DNA from: Gammaproteobacteria bacterium
GTDB lineage: Bacteria; Pseudomonadota; Gammaproteobacteria; GCA-001735895
DNA: 64,000 nt
NCBI GenBank assembly: GCA_050298595.1
Contig: JBNKUM010000024.1
Location: 91,483-155,482 of the forward strand
Direction of reading: 5' to 3'
Shown piece by piece: positions 41,914 to 52,355 of the stretch. The first letter of the stretch is position 1. Every line of letters starts with the position of its first letter. Position numbers and translations under genes: made by a program. Below the pieces are notes generated by a model, which did no database searches, was not told the origin of the DNA, and was given only the letters and a program-made list of their open reading frames with translations.

Positions 41914-43320
41914 ATGCAAAAGTTTACCTTTACCCTGCTCAGCTGGACCTTACTCAGCCTGACACCCAATCTGTACGCCGATGAATTCAAAACCAGTGCC
42001 GATGACCAACAGGACATCAGCCTGACCATTTACAATGGTGGTCGTGCCCTGATCCGGGATTCGCGTAACTTCACGTTATCAAAGCCCTCACGAGAAATCG
42101 CTTTTATGGATGTCGCGCAAAACATCATGGCGCAGACGGTTGCCATCAAGGGACTGGATGTACAGGAACAGAATTATGATTTTGACCTGCTTTCACCGCA
42201 GGCGTTGGTGGAAAAAAATATCGGTAAAAACGTACGTATCGCACGCCGATCCAGTGAAACCGGTGAAACGCTGGAATGGGTAGAGGGAAAGATTCTCTCC
42301 ACCAATGGTGGCGTCATCCTGCAAATGAAAGACGGCAGTCTGGAAAGTCTGGCTAACAATGCCAGCTACCATATGGTGTTCGATCAGATACCCGAAAATC
42401 TACGCAGCAGCCCCACCCTGTCACTTACCCTGTTTGACGATATTCAGGGTCAGCAACAGGTCGAGATGACTTACCTGAGTGGCGGATTAAGCTGGCAAAG
42501 CGATTATGTGCTGCAACTCGACGCAAGCGAAAAACAGGCCACACTGGATAGCTGGATCACCTTAAAGAACCAGAGTGGTATCAGCTACCGAGACGCACAG
42601 CTGCAATTAATGGCAGGAGACATCAACATGCAGGCACCACAGCCCCGAGTGATGATGCGCGCCAATGCCATGAGGGAAATGGCATCTGACGGAGGTGGCG
42701 TATCGGAAGAGTCGATACAGGGCTACCACCTGTATAGCGTACCGCATAAAACCACCATCAAAAATAACCAGAGTAAACAGATCAAACTGTTTTCCGCCAA
42801 CACCATCAAAGTTTCAAAAAAACTTGAAGACAAGGCATGGGTTGATAGCAACGGCCTGAATAAACAGAAATCCAAACCCGATCAATTCTTATTGTTTGAC
42901 AATAAAAAGCCTGCACTCGGGTTGCCGCTGCCCAAAGGTACCGTGCGCGTTTATGGTAAAGACAGCAAAGGTGAAAACCAGTTTCTGGGTGAAGACAGCA
43001 TCGACCATACTGCAGTAAACGATGATCTGGAAATCAAACTCGGCAAGGCATTCGACATCAGCATCGAACGTCAGACTACCGATCATAAGCAGATTAGTAA
43101 AAAACAATTTCGTCTGACACGAAAAATTCATATCAATAACGGCAGCAAACAGGCACAAACCATCAATCTGACAGAAATTATGCCCAACCAGAACTGGCGC
43201 ATACTTAATACCTCAGACGATTACAACAAAGAGGCGCCCACACAGGCTTTATTTAAACTGAGCGTGCCCGCGATGAGTGAAAAGGCGTTGGAGTATCAGG
43301 TTGAGATAAGCTATCAGTAG
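41914..43320 (+). CDS. DUF4139 domain secreted protein
   Basis: Signal peptide, LTIYN, EQNYDFDLL, YLSGGLSWQSDY and PLPKGTVRVY motifs. Confidence 0.85.
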   Translation: MQKFTFTLLSWTLLSLTPNLYADEFKTSADDQQDISLTIYNGGRALIRDSRNFTLSKPSREIAFMDVAQNIMAQTVAIKGLDVQEQNYDFDLLSPQALVEKNIGKNVRIARRSSETGETLEWVEGKILSTNGGVILQMKDGSLESLANNASYHMVFDQIPENLRSSPTLSLTLFDDIQGQQQVEMTYLSGGLSWQSDYVLQLDASEKQATLDSWITLKNQSGISYRDAQLQLMAGDINMQAPQPRVMMRANAMREMASDGGGVSEESIQGYHLYSVPHKTTIKNNQSKQIKLFSANTIKVSKKLEDKAWVDSNGLNKQKSKPDQFLLFDNKKPALGLPLPKGTVRVYGKDSKGENQFLGEDSIDHTAVNDDLEIKLGKAFDISIERQTTDHKQISKKQFRLTRKIHINNGSKQAQTINLTEIMPNQNWRILNTSDDYNKEAPTQALFKLSVPAMSEKALEYQVEISYQ

Positions 43321-43451
43321 CGCAAGCTGGTCGGCGCTTTATTGGCTTGTCATATTAAACAAGGGCTCCTATACTCGGATGAGAAGTATGGAAACGGGCT
43401 ACATACTGTAGCCTAAGTAAAAATCGTCTTTTTTCCTACCTGAAGGATCAC

Positions 43452-44300
43452 ATGAAAATGACTATTTTACCCAAGCTTTTCAAACTATTCATCCTGCTAG
43501 CCTTACTCTATACCACTACAGCGATAACCCCGCTGTCTGCCGAGGATGACGCCTATATCATAGGCATAGTCCCTCAGTTTGAGGCGCGTAAGCTGCATCG
43601 GGTATGGCAACCCATTATTGACTACCTGTCTCGTGAAACCGGGTACCATTTTAAAATCAAAGGGTCACCCAACATCCCTGATTTTGAGAATGAATTCATG
43701 CGTGGAGAATTCGACTTTGCCTATATGAACCCTTATCACTTTGTCATTGCCAGCCAGCGACAAAACTATGTCCCTCTGGTCAAAGATATTGGCAAAACAT
43801 TACAGGGCATTCTGGTGGTTAAAAAGGACAGCCCTATAACCCGGGTTTCACAGCTGAAAAACAAAACCATTGCCTTCCCGGCACCTAATGCGCTAGGAGC
43901 CTCCTTACTCACGAGACAGGCGCTGAAAGATGATTTTAATGTTAAATTTTATTCCCGTTATGTCAAAACTCATGATTCAGTGTATCTCAATGTATTACTA
44001 GGAGAAGCGGATGCCGGCGGTGGGGTTCAAAATACCCTGTCCCGTCAACCCCCCGATTATCAGGCGGCATTAAGAGTGTTATATAAAACTCAACAGGTAA
44101 AACCTCACCCCTTGGCGGTTCACCCCAGAGTGCCGCAACAGGTGGCCGACCGGGTCAGGACTGCTTTATTAAAACTTGGAGATAGTCAACAGGGACAGTT
44201 ATTACTGTCTAAGATACCGATAAAAAAAATTGGCCCTGCTTCACTTGATGATTACCTGCCGCTAAAGAAATTAGGGCTTGAACGATTCACTGTCAACTAA
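43452..44300 (+). CDS. PhnD/phosphonate-type periplasmic binding protein (no ABC partners in window)
   Basis: IGIVPQF, DFAYMNPY, IAFPAPNALGAS and THDSVY motifs. Confidence 0.85.
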   Translation: MKMTILPKLFKLFILLALLYTTTAITPLSAEDDAYIIGIVPQFEARKLHRVWQPIIDYLSRETGYHFKIKGSPNIPDFENEFMRGEFDFAYMNPYHFVIASQRQNYVPLVKDIGKTLQGILVVKKDSPITRVSQLKNKTIAFPAPNALGASLLTRQALKDDFNVKFYSRYVKTHDSVYLNVLLGEADAGGGVQNTLSRQPPDYQAALRVLYKTQQVKPHPLAVHPRVPQQVADRVRTALLKLGDSQQGQLLLSKIPIKKIGPASLDDYLPLKKLGLERFTVN

Positions 44301-44306
44301 CCAGTC

Positions 44307-45605
44307 ATGACGGGGCTGCAGACAAAGTTAACGATCCCTGTTTTTATTGCATTTCTATTTTTCGCTTTAGTGATACATTTTTACTGGGGGCCGAAACAAT
44401 ACAAAACTGCAAAAGAAGAAATTTCAATGCAATTACAGCGTGAACTGAGCACGCTGGATCATAGCCTGATTCGCTATTTACTGGAGAATAATTACGCCGC
44501 TCTTTTTGCCACCCTGAAAGAACAGGATAGAGCCAGCAAGGGCAAATGGAGGCATCTAACCCTGTTTGATGATAGTCAAAAAAGGATATACCCCTTATTT
44601 CCAGATGAGAATAACAACAAACATGTGATCTATTACATTCCCTTCACACACCCCATACTATTTGAAGGTGAACAACTTGGGCTTATCCAGCTGCATATCG
44701 ACTGGGGCGAGGAGCATGCAAAAGCTCGACATCGAATTTATGAGCTCGAAGGCTACCTTCTTGGCACGGCCAGTGTGTTTATTTGCCTTATGATTGCCTG
44801 GCAATACCTGATTATTCTGAAGCCGATAAAGTATCTACAGAGTGCTGTGAATTTTATGACTAATGGAAATTTTTTCGCCCCCTTACCCGAGGTTTCTCAC
44901 GATGAAATTGGTCAATTAACCCTGGGATTTGATCATATGCGGCAAACCATCACCGAGTCACAACAGCAGCTTAAACAAGCCAATGAAGAAATCCAGCTGG
45001 CTTTTAAAGAAGTCTCTGAGATGAACATTAAATTACACAATGAAATTGGCGAACGTTTAAAAATTCAGGATCAGTTAAACCGCATGGCAACCCATGACGA
45101 ACTGACCACCCTGCCCAATCGCTACCTGTTAAAACAGGAAGCCATCAAGGCTTTATCCGCTGCCACACGCTTTAAGCATAACGTCGGCATCATGTTTATT
45201 GACCTGGATGAGTTCAAGGCGGTGAATGACCATCATAGCCATGAAATCGGCGATTGTGTTCTGGTTGAAATATCTTTACGAATTTCAGATGAGGTCAGGA
45301 ATATAGATATCGTGGGCCGTGTGGGTGGTGATGAGTTTGTTGTCATTCTTCCAGATTGTAAATCACCATCCAACCTGGAAAACATTGCGCAGAGAATTAT
45401 CGATAAAATCAATCTCTCCCTTGTATCCATCAACATCTCTCAAACGGTAGGTGCCAGCATAGGCATTGCTCTATTCCCGGATAATGGCCACAACTTTGAC
45501 TCCTTATTACATAAAGCCGATAAAGCGATGTATCAGGCCAAGCAGCAAGGTAAAAATCAATTTTGCTATTTCACCGAGGATAAGCCGAGTATTGTTGAAA
45601 GCTAA
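44307..45605 (+). CDS. Membrane diguanylate cyclase (periplasmic sensor-HAMP-GGDEF)
   Basis: Two TMs, HAMP (DEIGQL), HDELTTLPNR and RVGGDEF. Confidence 0.92.
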   Translation: MTGLQTKLTIPVFIAFLFFALVIHFYWGPKQYKTAKEEISMQLQRELSTLDHSLIRYLLENNYAALFATLKEQDRASKGKWRHLTLFDDSQKRIYPLFPDENNNKHVIYYIPFTHPILFEGEQLGLIQLHIDWGEEHAKARHRIYELEGYLLGTASVFICLMIAWQYLIILKPIKYLQSAVNFMTNGNFFAPLPEVSHDEIGQLTLGFDHMRQTITESQQQLKQANEEIQLAFKEVSEMNIKLHNEIGERLKIQDQLNRMATHDELTTLPNRYLLKQEAIKALSAATRFKHNVGIMFIDLDEFKAVNDHHSHEIGDCVLVEISLRISDEVRNIDIVGRVGGDEFVVILPDCKSPSNLENIAQRIIDKINLSLVSINISQTVGASIGIALFPDNGHNFDSLLHKADKAMYQAKQQGKNQFCYFTEDKPSIVES

Positions 45606-45619
45606 ACTATCGCGGCATT

Positions 45620-45637
45620 CGTAGGAATTTTCTGACA
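45620..45637. promoter_or_regulatory. Candidate GacA/UvrY-like box upstream of the GGDEF-EAL gene
   Basis: Reverse complement TGTCAG-AAAATT-CCTACG resembles TGTAAG-N6-CTTACA; a near copy lies at 1432-1449. Confidence 0.35.
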
Positions 45638-45753
45638 ATCCAAATACCTGCACCTATACTTAAATTAAGTTTCAAGTGTCTATGCTGGTTTTGTGACGAT
45701 AACCTACCTCTAAGTAGACCAGGCCTGATCTGGACAGCTGTCACAGGTAAAAA

Positions 45754-48555
45754 ATGAAGAAAAGGGGCACATCAATGATAATGACGCAAGTCCATGCGGA
45801 TCTGATCCGTATGGTATACGCTAATGCACCGTTAGCGCTTATCGCTTCATTACTGAATAGTGCCATACTGGTTTATTTATTATGGCCAGTCGTGGATCAA
45901 GCCTGGCTAATATCCTGGGCTCTGGCTACCATCCTGATTAGCCTGTTTCGCCTCATTCTGGCGCTACGTTTTAACCGTGTGCAGCCCGATAACTATCAAA
46001 CCATCAATACCTGGTCTAGCTGGGCGCTTGCGGGTGCATTATTTGCCGGCCTTGGCTGGGGTGCCGCGAGCTTGTTTCTGTTTGCTAACGATAGCTTACC
46101 GCATCAGGTTTTTCTGGCGTTCGTGATTGCCGGTACTACGGCCGGTGCGGTGTCCTCTCTCTCCGCAAGCCGTCTATCCATTTCTGGCTTTGCTCTACTA
46201 TCGACCCTGCCGCTAGCCTATCGCTTCTCACAGGCATCACATGAATTCTCCATAGCGATGAGCCTGATGATTGTGCTATTCACGATTTTAATACTATTGG
46301 TTTCACGATCTTTCTACCGGAATATTACGCAGATGCTCGTTGAACGCTATAAGCGAAAAAAGGCTCAACGGCATGATCGCTCAAGAAATAAGGTACTCGA
46401 GTTACTCACACTGGAGGCCCCCCTGGAGGAAATTCTGGAAATAATTATTCAGGATCTTGAACGCGACAATCCCGAGATGCTGTGCTCTATACAGCTGCTA
46501 AACGATGATGGCAGTCACCTGCGCTTTGGTGCAGCACCCAGTCTACCCAACGTATTTATGGAATATCTTCAGGGTATAGATGTCGCTGCAGGCGTCGGCT
46601 GTAGTGGATCAGCCGCTTACAGCGGTAAACGAGTCATTGCAGAAGACCTGACAACCCACCCTTACTGGGCGAATGCTCGCGAAATCCCCCAGAAAACGGG
46701 ACTGAGATCCTGTTGGTCGGAACCGCTATTCTCATCCAATGGAGATCTGCTGGGCACTTTTACCATCTATTACCGCCAGCCACATCTGCCGGATGAGCAG
46801 GAATTATCCATAGTCAAGCACTCTATCAAACTCGCCAGCATTTCCATCGAGCGCAATCAGACCGGTGCAGCTTTACGATTAGCTGACTCGATTTATCAAA
46901 ATACCAGTGAAGCCATGATGATTACTGATGTTGAAAATCGCATTCTGGCGATCAACCCTGCCTTTACTCAAACCACCGGGTACGAAAATGATGATGTCAT
47001 TGGCAAGGATCCAGGCTTGCTGGCTTCTGGCACTCATGACGACAAATTTTTTAAGAATATGTGGGATAGCCTTTACAAAACTGGGCATTGGCGAGGAGAA
47101 ATCTGGAATCGCCGTAACAATGGCGAGGAATTCGCGGTATGGATGACGATTAACACCATCTATGATAGTGAGGGCAAACCTTACCGGCGAGTCTCGCTAT
47201 TTTCTGACATCACCGAGCGTAAACAGGCCGATGCCCTTATCTGGAGGCAGGCTAACTACGATTCTTTGACCAAATTACCCAACCGTCGGCTTTTCAGCGA
47301 CCGTCTGGAACAGAGCATCAAGGTTGCCAAACGTGAGAATCATTATCTGGCGCTGCTGTTTATCGATCTGGATCGTTTCAAGGAGGTCAACGACACTTTA
47401 GGGCATCACATTGGTGATGAGTTACTAGTAGAAACGGCGCAACGCATCAATGCCTGTGTACGTGAATCCGATACGGTAGCACGGCTTGGCGGTGATGAAT
47501 TTACGGTCATTTTAAACGAATTACAGGATCTCTCGCATATAGAAAAGGTATCTCAAAAGATTATTGACGCGCTTTGCAGCCCATTCTTGCTGGGTAAAGA
47601 ACAGGTATTTATTTCCTGTAGTATCGGTATCACTGTTTATCCTGATGACGCTAAATTATCACATGAGTTATTGAAGAATGCAGATCAGGCCATGTTTGCT
47701 GCGAAGGAGAGTGGTCGCAACCGCCTGCACTATTTCACCCGATCTATGCAGGAAATCTCTCAGCAGCGTATGCGTCTGGCCCGTGACCTCCGTCTGGCAC
47801 TGCAAGACAGGCAATTCAGCGTCTATTATCAAGCCATTGTCAGCATTGAAGATGGCCATATCCACAAAGCCGAGGCATTGCTGCGCTGGCTGCATCCAGA
47901 GCATGGTTTTATCAGCCCCGCAGACTTTATCCCCATAGCGGAAGAGACAGGAGCCATCCATGAAATTGGCTTCTTTGTGTTCAAGCAGGCAACTCAGCGA
48001 ATAAAGGACTGGCGTGCACAATATAATCCTCACTTTCAAGTTAGTATCAATAAGTCTCCCGTTCAGTTTTTAGCCAGAGGAGATATTCGTCATAAGTGGT
48101 TAAACTACCTCGAAAAACATGATGTTTCGCCACATGGTATTGTGATTGAAATTACCGAAGGGGTAATACTGGAGGCGTCAGAGATCGTGTCTACAAAGCT
48201 ACGCCTGTTCAGAGATGCCGGTATGCAGATTGCTATTGACGATTTTGGTACCGGTTATTCATCCCTGGCCTATCTCAAAAAATTCAATATCGACTACCTT
48301 AAGCTGGATAAGTCTTTTGTAAAGAATCTGGAGACAGATTCCAGCAATCTGGCGCTGTCTGAGGCTATTATTGTCATGGCGCACAAACTGGGCATTCGGG
48401 TGATCGCTGAAGGTGTAGAAACAGAGGCACAGCTAGCCGCTCTGAAACAAATCCACTGCGACTATGCTCAGGGTTTTTTCCTCGCAAAACCAATGCCTGC
48501 AGAGGAATTCGAGTTATTGTTAAAAAACGACAACAACAAAACTCGCTCAGCCTGA
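45754..48555 (+). CDS. Membrane GAF-PAS-GGDEF-EAL c-di-GMP enzyme
   Basis: N-terminal TMs, GAF, PAS (WRGEIWNRR), RLGGDEF, EALLRW and DDFGTGYSS. Confidence 0.95.
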   Translation: MKKRGTSMIMTQVHADLIRMVYANAPLALIASLLNSAILVYLLWPVVDQAWLISWALATILISLFRLILALRFNRVQPDNYQTINTWSSWALAGALFAGLGWGAASLFLFANDSLPHQVFLAFVIAGTTAGAVSSLSASRLSISGFALLSTLPLAYRFSQASHEFSIAMSLMIVLFTILILLVSRSFYRNITQMLVERYKRKKAQRHDRSRNKVLELLTLEAPLEEILEIIIQDLERDNPEMLCSIQLLNDDGSHLRFGAAPSLPNVFMEYLQGIDVAAGVGCSGSAAYSGKRVIAEDLTTHPYWANAREIPQKTGLRSCWSEPLFSSNGDLLGTFTIYYRQPHLPDEQELSIVKHSIKLASISIERNQTGAALRLADSIYQNTSEAMMITDVENRILAINPAFTQTTGYENDDVIGKDPGLLASGTHDDKFFKNMWDSLYKTGHWRGEIWNRRNNGEEFAVWMTINTIYDSEGKPYRRVSLFSDITERKQADALIWRQANYDSLTKLPNRRLFSDRLEQSIKVAKRENHYLALLFIDLDRFKEVNDTLGHHIGDELLVETAQRINACVRESDTVARLGGDEFTVILNELQDLSHIEKVSQKIIDALCSPFLLGKEQVFISCSIGITVYPDDAKLSHELLKNADQAMFAAKESGRNRLHYFTRSMQEISQQRMRLARDLRLALQDRQFSVYYQAIVSIEDGHIHKAEALLRWLHPEHGFISPADFIPIAEETGAIHEIGFFVFKQATQRIKDWRAQYNPHFQVSINKSPVQFLARGDIRHKWLNYLEKHDVSPHGIVIEITEGVILEASEIVSTKLRLFRDAGMQIAIDDFGTGYSSLAYLKKFNIDYLKLDKSFVKNLETDSSNLALSEAIIVMAHKLGIRVIAEGVETEAQLAALKQIHCDYAQGFFLAKPMPAEEFELLLKNDNNKTRSA

Positions 48556-48629
48556 TCTGCGCGCTAGTGTTCCTCGTCATTAAGACAACCCTGATTAATT
48601 CACAGCTTCCTTTTTATAGCCACAGAGAA

Positions 48630-51600
48630 TCAACGCTCGATGGTGTAAAACAAATCCGCACTCTGAGTCTCACCGCTCTCAGCCTTGAGCTGCCATTTCT
48701 CACTCAACTGATAGCGCATACTGAAAGTATTGATCGATTCGATCAGGCCGACTCCGTAGCTGACATATAGTTTTGGTGATAGATAGCGCCCCACCACTAA
48801 TGAAGCCTGATCGCCAGATTCACTGCTTTCGACACGCATCTCATCCAGACCAAACTGATCCTGCATCATGCGTGCGATTTTATCTCCTCCACTCAAACCG
48901 AGTGCGAGCGCGGCTTTAGCGATCACTTCGCCATCCTGGTCGGAACTGGACTCCATCGGCCTGCCCAGAATAAGGTAGGCAAGTGCATCGGTTTGCCCCA
49001 TAGCTGGAATCGAATATAGATCGAGCTTGGGTTTTTGCAGCGAACCACTCACGATTACACCAGCAGTCACTCCATTAATGACGCGTTTGGCTTTAAAATC
49101 CAGCCCCGGATTCAAGATGGGACCACCACTAAAAACCAATCGCCCATTTTCAATCACCAGACGTTGACCATAAGCCCGGTAGCGACCTTCGGGCACCTTT
49201 ATCTCTCCAGTAGCATGGGTTAACCGACCCGGCCTGTCTTCTAACAATAGACTGCCACCTATATCCCCCTCGAAACCATAGCCATAAAAATGCACATGGT
49301 CAGAATCCAGCGTCAATCGTACACTACTTGTGATCGTCCATTTTTGTTGTTCGGTCTGCTCCTGACCTACAATGATCACATCATTTGAAACCTGTACCGC
49401 AGAAGACACATCCTTCGGATTAAGGCGTGCATAAGGCACATGCATATTGCCTTCGATATGTATCAAATAGGGTTTTATACTGATTTTTAAATCTGGAGAA
49501 ACCTCAACTTTGGCTTCAGGAATTTTCGATACCAGAAAATCTTTACCGGTAAGCTGAAGTTCACTGGACCAGTCACTGATGCTGTTTAACCTGGCCAGGC
49601 CTTTAACTGAGATATTACCTTGTCCCGAATGAGCCTTTAAATCTATCTGCAATTGATCAAGGTTGTCAGACACACCCTTTAAATCAACCCCGGATATATT
49701 CAAACCAAGGCGGGGGATATCAAAGGAACCATTCGCCAGATTAACATCCCCTTTTAGTCCCGGCCTGTGCAATGTCCCATTCGATTTAAGCTGTATCTTT
49801 ACTTCTCCTTTGGCATTCTGAACTTCGGGTATCAGGCTTTCGAGTAAATGAATATCCCGAATATCCAGCTGGGCCTCTCCCTCTATTGCCTGCTCGCTGC
49901 TAAGGCTGAATAGATTAGCTTCGGGCAGGCGCGCATTAATGCTTAAGGGGTCATTCTCATTGACCAGTAAGCTGGATTTGATATTAATACCTCGATCATT
50001 CAGCAACATACTCAACTGCCCCTCTCGATAGGACCAGTTCTGTTTCTCGCCATCGGCAAGAAGATAGTGAATAACACCTTCAGGCAGGAATAAGTTAACC
50101 TGCCCAGTAATATCTTTATCCGAGTTTAGCGACAGTGCCGCATTTGCATTTAGCATCCCAACTGCCTCGACATCTGCTGGAAACCAGGGTTTAAGTAAGG
50201 CAAGTGCTAGATGCTGTATATCAACTTCAGTTTGATATTGCTGACCCGTCTGCGTTAATTTTGCACAGGCTGACGCCTTTTTATCATTAAGCCAGCAGAG
50301 TTTCTCTACTTCAATATGGTCACTGCCCAGAGTTAAATGAGTCGGGGCCTGTAGCTGCCAGTTGGAAAATTGTGCTGTATTGAAGTTTGCACGCGTGACT
50401 TTTCCCTGCCATTGGTCCTGTTGAAAACTACCATTGAGCATGATATCAGCAGTAGCCCAGTTAGATTTAATTTTTGTCGAAATGCCCTGCTTGTTCGTTG
50501 CAATCACGGCAGACTGAAGACTGACTCCAGCCACCTCAATATCCTGCGCATCAAGTTTCAAATTCGCCTGATACCATTGACTTAAATCTACAGTCGTATT
50601 CCCTTTAACCGCGCCGATTTTGATATCCTGCCAGGCCAGATGTTCGGCTTTAAAATTACTCGTTACCACTATCTGCTTTTGTGATCCATTAATTGTTCCC
50701 TGAGCTTTAACCCTACCCAGCACTTCGGGATAAAGCTCAGCCAGATTCTGGCTATCTATCGACCATTGCATATCAAACCGATCTCCATAACGGCCATTTA
50801 AAGCAACCCTGGATCGTCCTGAGTGTAATCGGATTTTTTTCAGGTCCAGTTGATTATCAGCCCATTTTACTTTACCGCTGAGTGCTATCGGGTAGTCACG
50901 CAGTACCCCGGACAACTTTGATATATCTCCATGTATGAGCAATTTATCATCCTTATAGCTACCGTTAGTAAGCAAGCTGGCGGACACTTTACCGGGCCAC
51001 TCTGGCCATTCAGTCGCCGGATTGATATCTTTTAAATTGATAGCAGCATCCCAGTTTACATGCTCTTTCCAGTCCAGCCTGCCACTACCACTAATCTCGC
51101 CCTGCAGAGTTTTTATATTTATATCGGAAAACTTCAATCCTTCCAGATTACCCTGCCCGCTAACTTTCCAGTCCGATGGAGGAATCTGTACCCAGGGGCG
51201 TTCTGTTTGCACCGAAAACCGATAATTAGAAAGCTTGCCGCTCAGTGTGCCCTGACCCACTGGGCTATCAAACCAGCTTTCACCCTTCAATGGCCATTTC
51301 AAATGTTGCCATTTGAGTTTCAGGTCTACCTTCCCCCCTTGTTCACCGGGCATCCATTCTCCTTTAGCTTCGACACGCGTAGCACTCGCCACAGGTGCTA
51401 TTGAAAACCGCCTGACCAAAACAGGTTTGATGGTTGAAGCCGATATATCAAACAGAGAATCGAACGCACCCAGCTCGGGGGTTGTCCCAGCCAACGTGCC
51501 TTTCAAGTTCAGTTCAGTAATAGTGCCAGAGCCGTTAATATTCATCTGACCGCTCAGTGCTGGCCAGTCTGCAACAATATTTTTAGTATCAAACCGTTTT

Positions 51601-52355
51601 ACATTGAGGTCCGCCTGCCAGGTCAGATCTTGCATCAGGTTGTTTATCTGGGCCTTTAAATCCAGAGATACTGTACCCGCTACAGTATGAGTCAATTGAG
51701 TAGACCTGATATCACCCAACAGCTCACCATTGCCACGCAGATTCCTGTTATCGGTAAGATGATATTTCCACTCCAGGTTCAGCTTGTGACGATAATTCCC
51801 CGCCAGGCGTAAGCCACCACTAATATTCATGTGATAATCATCAGCATCGACAGATGCCTGCTGGATAGTCAACTGATCAAACAGGGTCGACGCAGTTAAT
51901 TGTATACGGTTGAAATGAACACTTTGCTGTTGCTGAATCAGGGTTAAATCTTCTATCAGCATATTATCAATCTGGATTTGAACCGGTAAATGAATTTCTG
52001 GCAGAGTTATTTTAGAATCACTGAAAGTTGAATCTGCCTGTGTCAGCTGTATAGTTTTCGCATGCAGCGATTGAATATCAAGTTTACTCGATAATAGAGA
52101 TAGCGGATTCCAGTCCAGCTCAATTTGCTCAATCCGGTATACACTGCCATCTGCTTGCTGATAGCTGAAACCACTGACTTTAACAGGCCCGCTTAAACGA
52201 CCTTCAAGTTTTTGCAAGGATATTTGTGCGGGGATATAAGGACTGGCTATTTGATAGGCCCATTGCAATCCACTGGCTGTCATACTTATCCAGCTAAAAA
52301 AACACAGCAACAGGACGAGCAATACGAGGAATATGAATAACCCGATACGTTTCAT
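48630..52355 (-). CDS. tamB: Translocation and assembly module TamB
   Basis: 1241 aa beta-rich; C-terminal DUF490 (YRAYGQRL, GRYLSPKLYVSYG); coupled to tamA. Confidence 0.92.
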   Translation of the reverse strand: MKRIGLFIFLVLLVLLLCFFSWISMTASGLQWAYQIASPYIPAQISLQKLEGRLSGPVKVSGFSYQQADGSVYRIEQIELDWNPLSLLSSKLDIQSLHAKTIQLTQADSTFSDSKITLPEIHLPVQIQIDNMLIEDLTLIQQQQSVHFNRIQLTASTLFDQLTIQQASVDADDYHMNISGGLRLAGNYRHKLNLEWKYHLTDNRNLRGNGELLGDIRSTQLTHTVAGTVSLDLKAQINNLMQDLTWQADLNVKRFDTKNIVADWPALSGQMNINGSGTITELNLKGTLAGTTPELGAFDSLFDISASTIKPVLVRRFSIAPVASATRVEAKGEWMPGEQGGKVDLKLKWQHLKWPLKGESWFDSPVGQGTLSGKLSNYRFSVQTERPWVQIPPSDWKVSGQGNLEGLKFSDINIKTLQGEISGSGRLDWKEHVNWDAAINLKDINPATEWPEWPGKVSASLLTNGSYKDDKLLIHGDISKLSGVLRDYPIALSGKVKWADNQLDLKKIRLHSGRSRVALNGRYGDRFDMQWSIDSQNLAELYPEVLGRVKAQGTINGSQKQIVVTSNFKAEHLAWQDIKIGAVKGNTTVDLSQWYQANLKLDAQDIEVAGVSLQSAVIATNKQGISTKIKSNWATADIMLNGSFQQDQWQGKVTRANFNTAQFSNWQLQAPTHLTLGSDHIEVEKLCWLNDKKASACAKLTQTGQQYQTEVDIQHLALALLKPWFPADVEAVGMLNANAALSLNSDKDITGQVNLFLPEGVIHYLLADGEKQNWSYREGQLSMLLNDRGINIKSSLLVNENDPLSINARLPEANLFSLSSEQAIEGEAQLDIRDIHLLESLIPEVQNAKGEVKIQLKSNGTLHRPGLKGDVNLANGSFDIPRLGLNISGVDLKGVSDNLDQLQIDLKAHSGQGNISVKGLARLNSISDWSSELQLTGKDFLVSKIPEAKVEVSPDLKISIKPYLIHIEGNMHVPYARLNPKDVSSAVQVSNDVIIVGQEQTEQQKWTITSSVRLTLDSDHVHFYGYGFEGDIGGSLLLEDRPGRLTHATGEIKVPEGRYRAYGQRLVIENGRLVFSGGPILNPGLDFKAKRVINGVTAGVIVSGSLQKPKLDLYSIPAMGQTDALAYLILGRPMESSSDQDGEVIAKAALALGLSGGDKIARMMQDQFGLDEMRVESSESGDQASLVVGRYLSPKLYVSYGVGLIESINTFSMRYQLSEKWQLKAESGETQSADLFYTIER

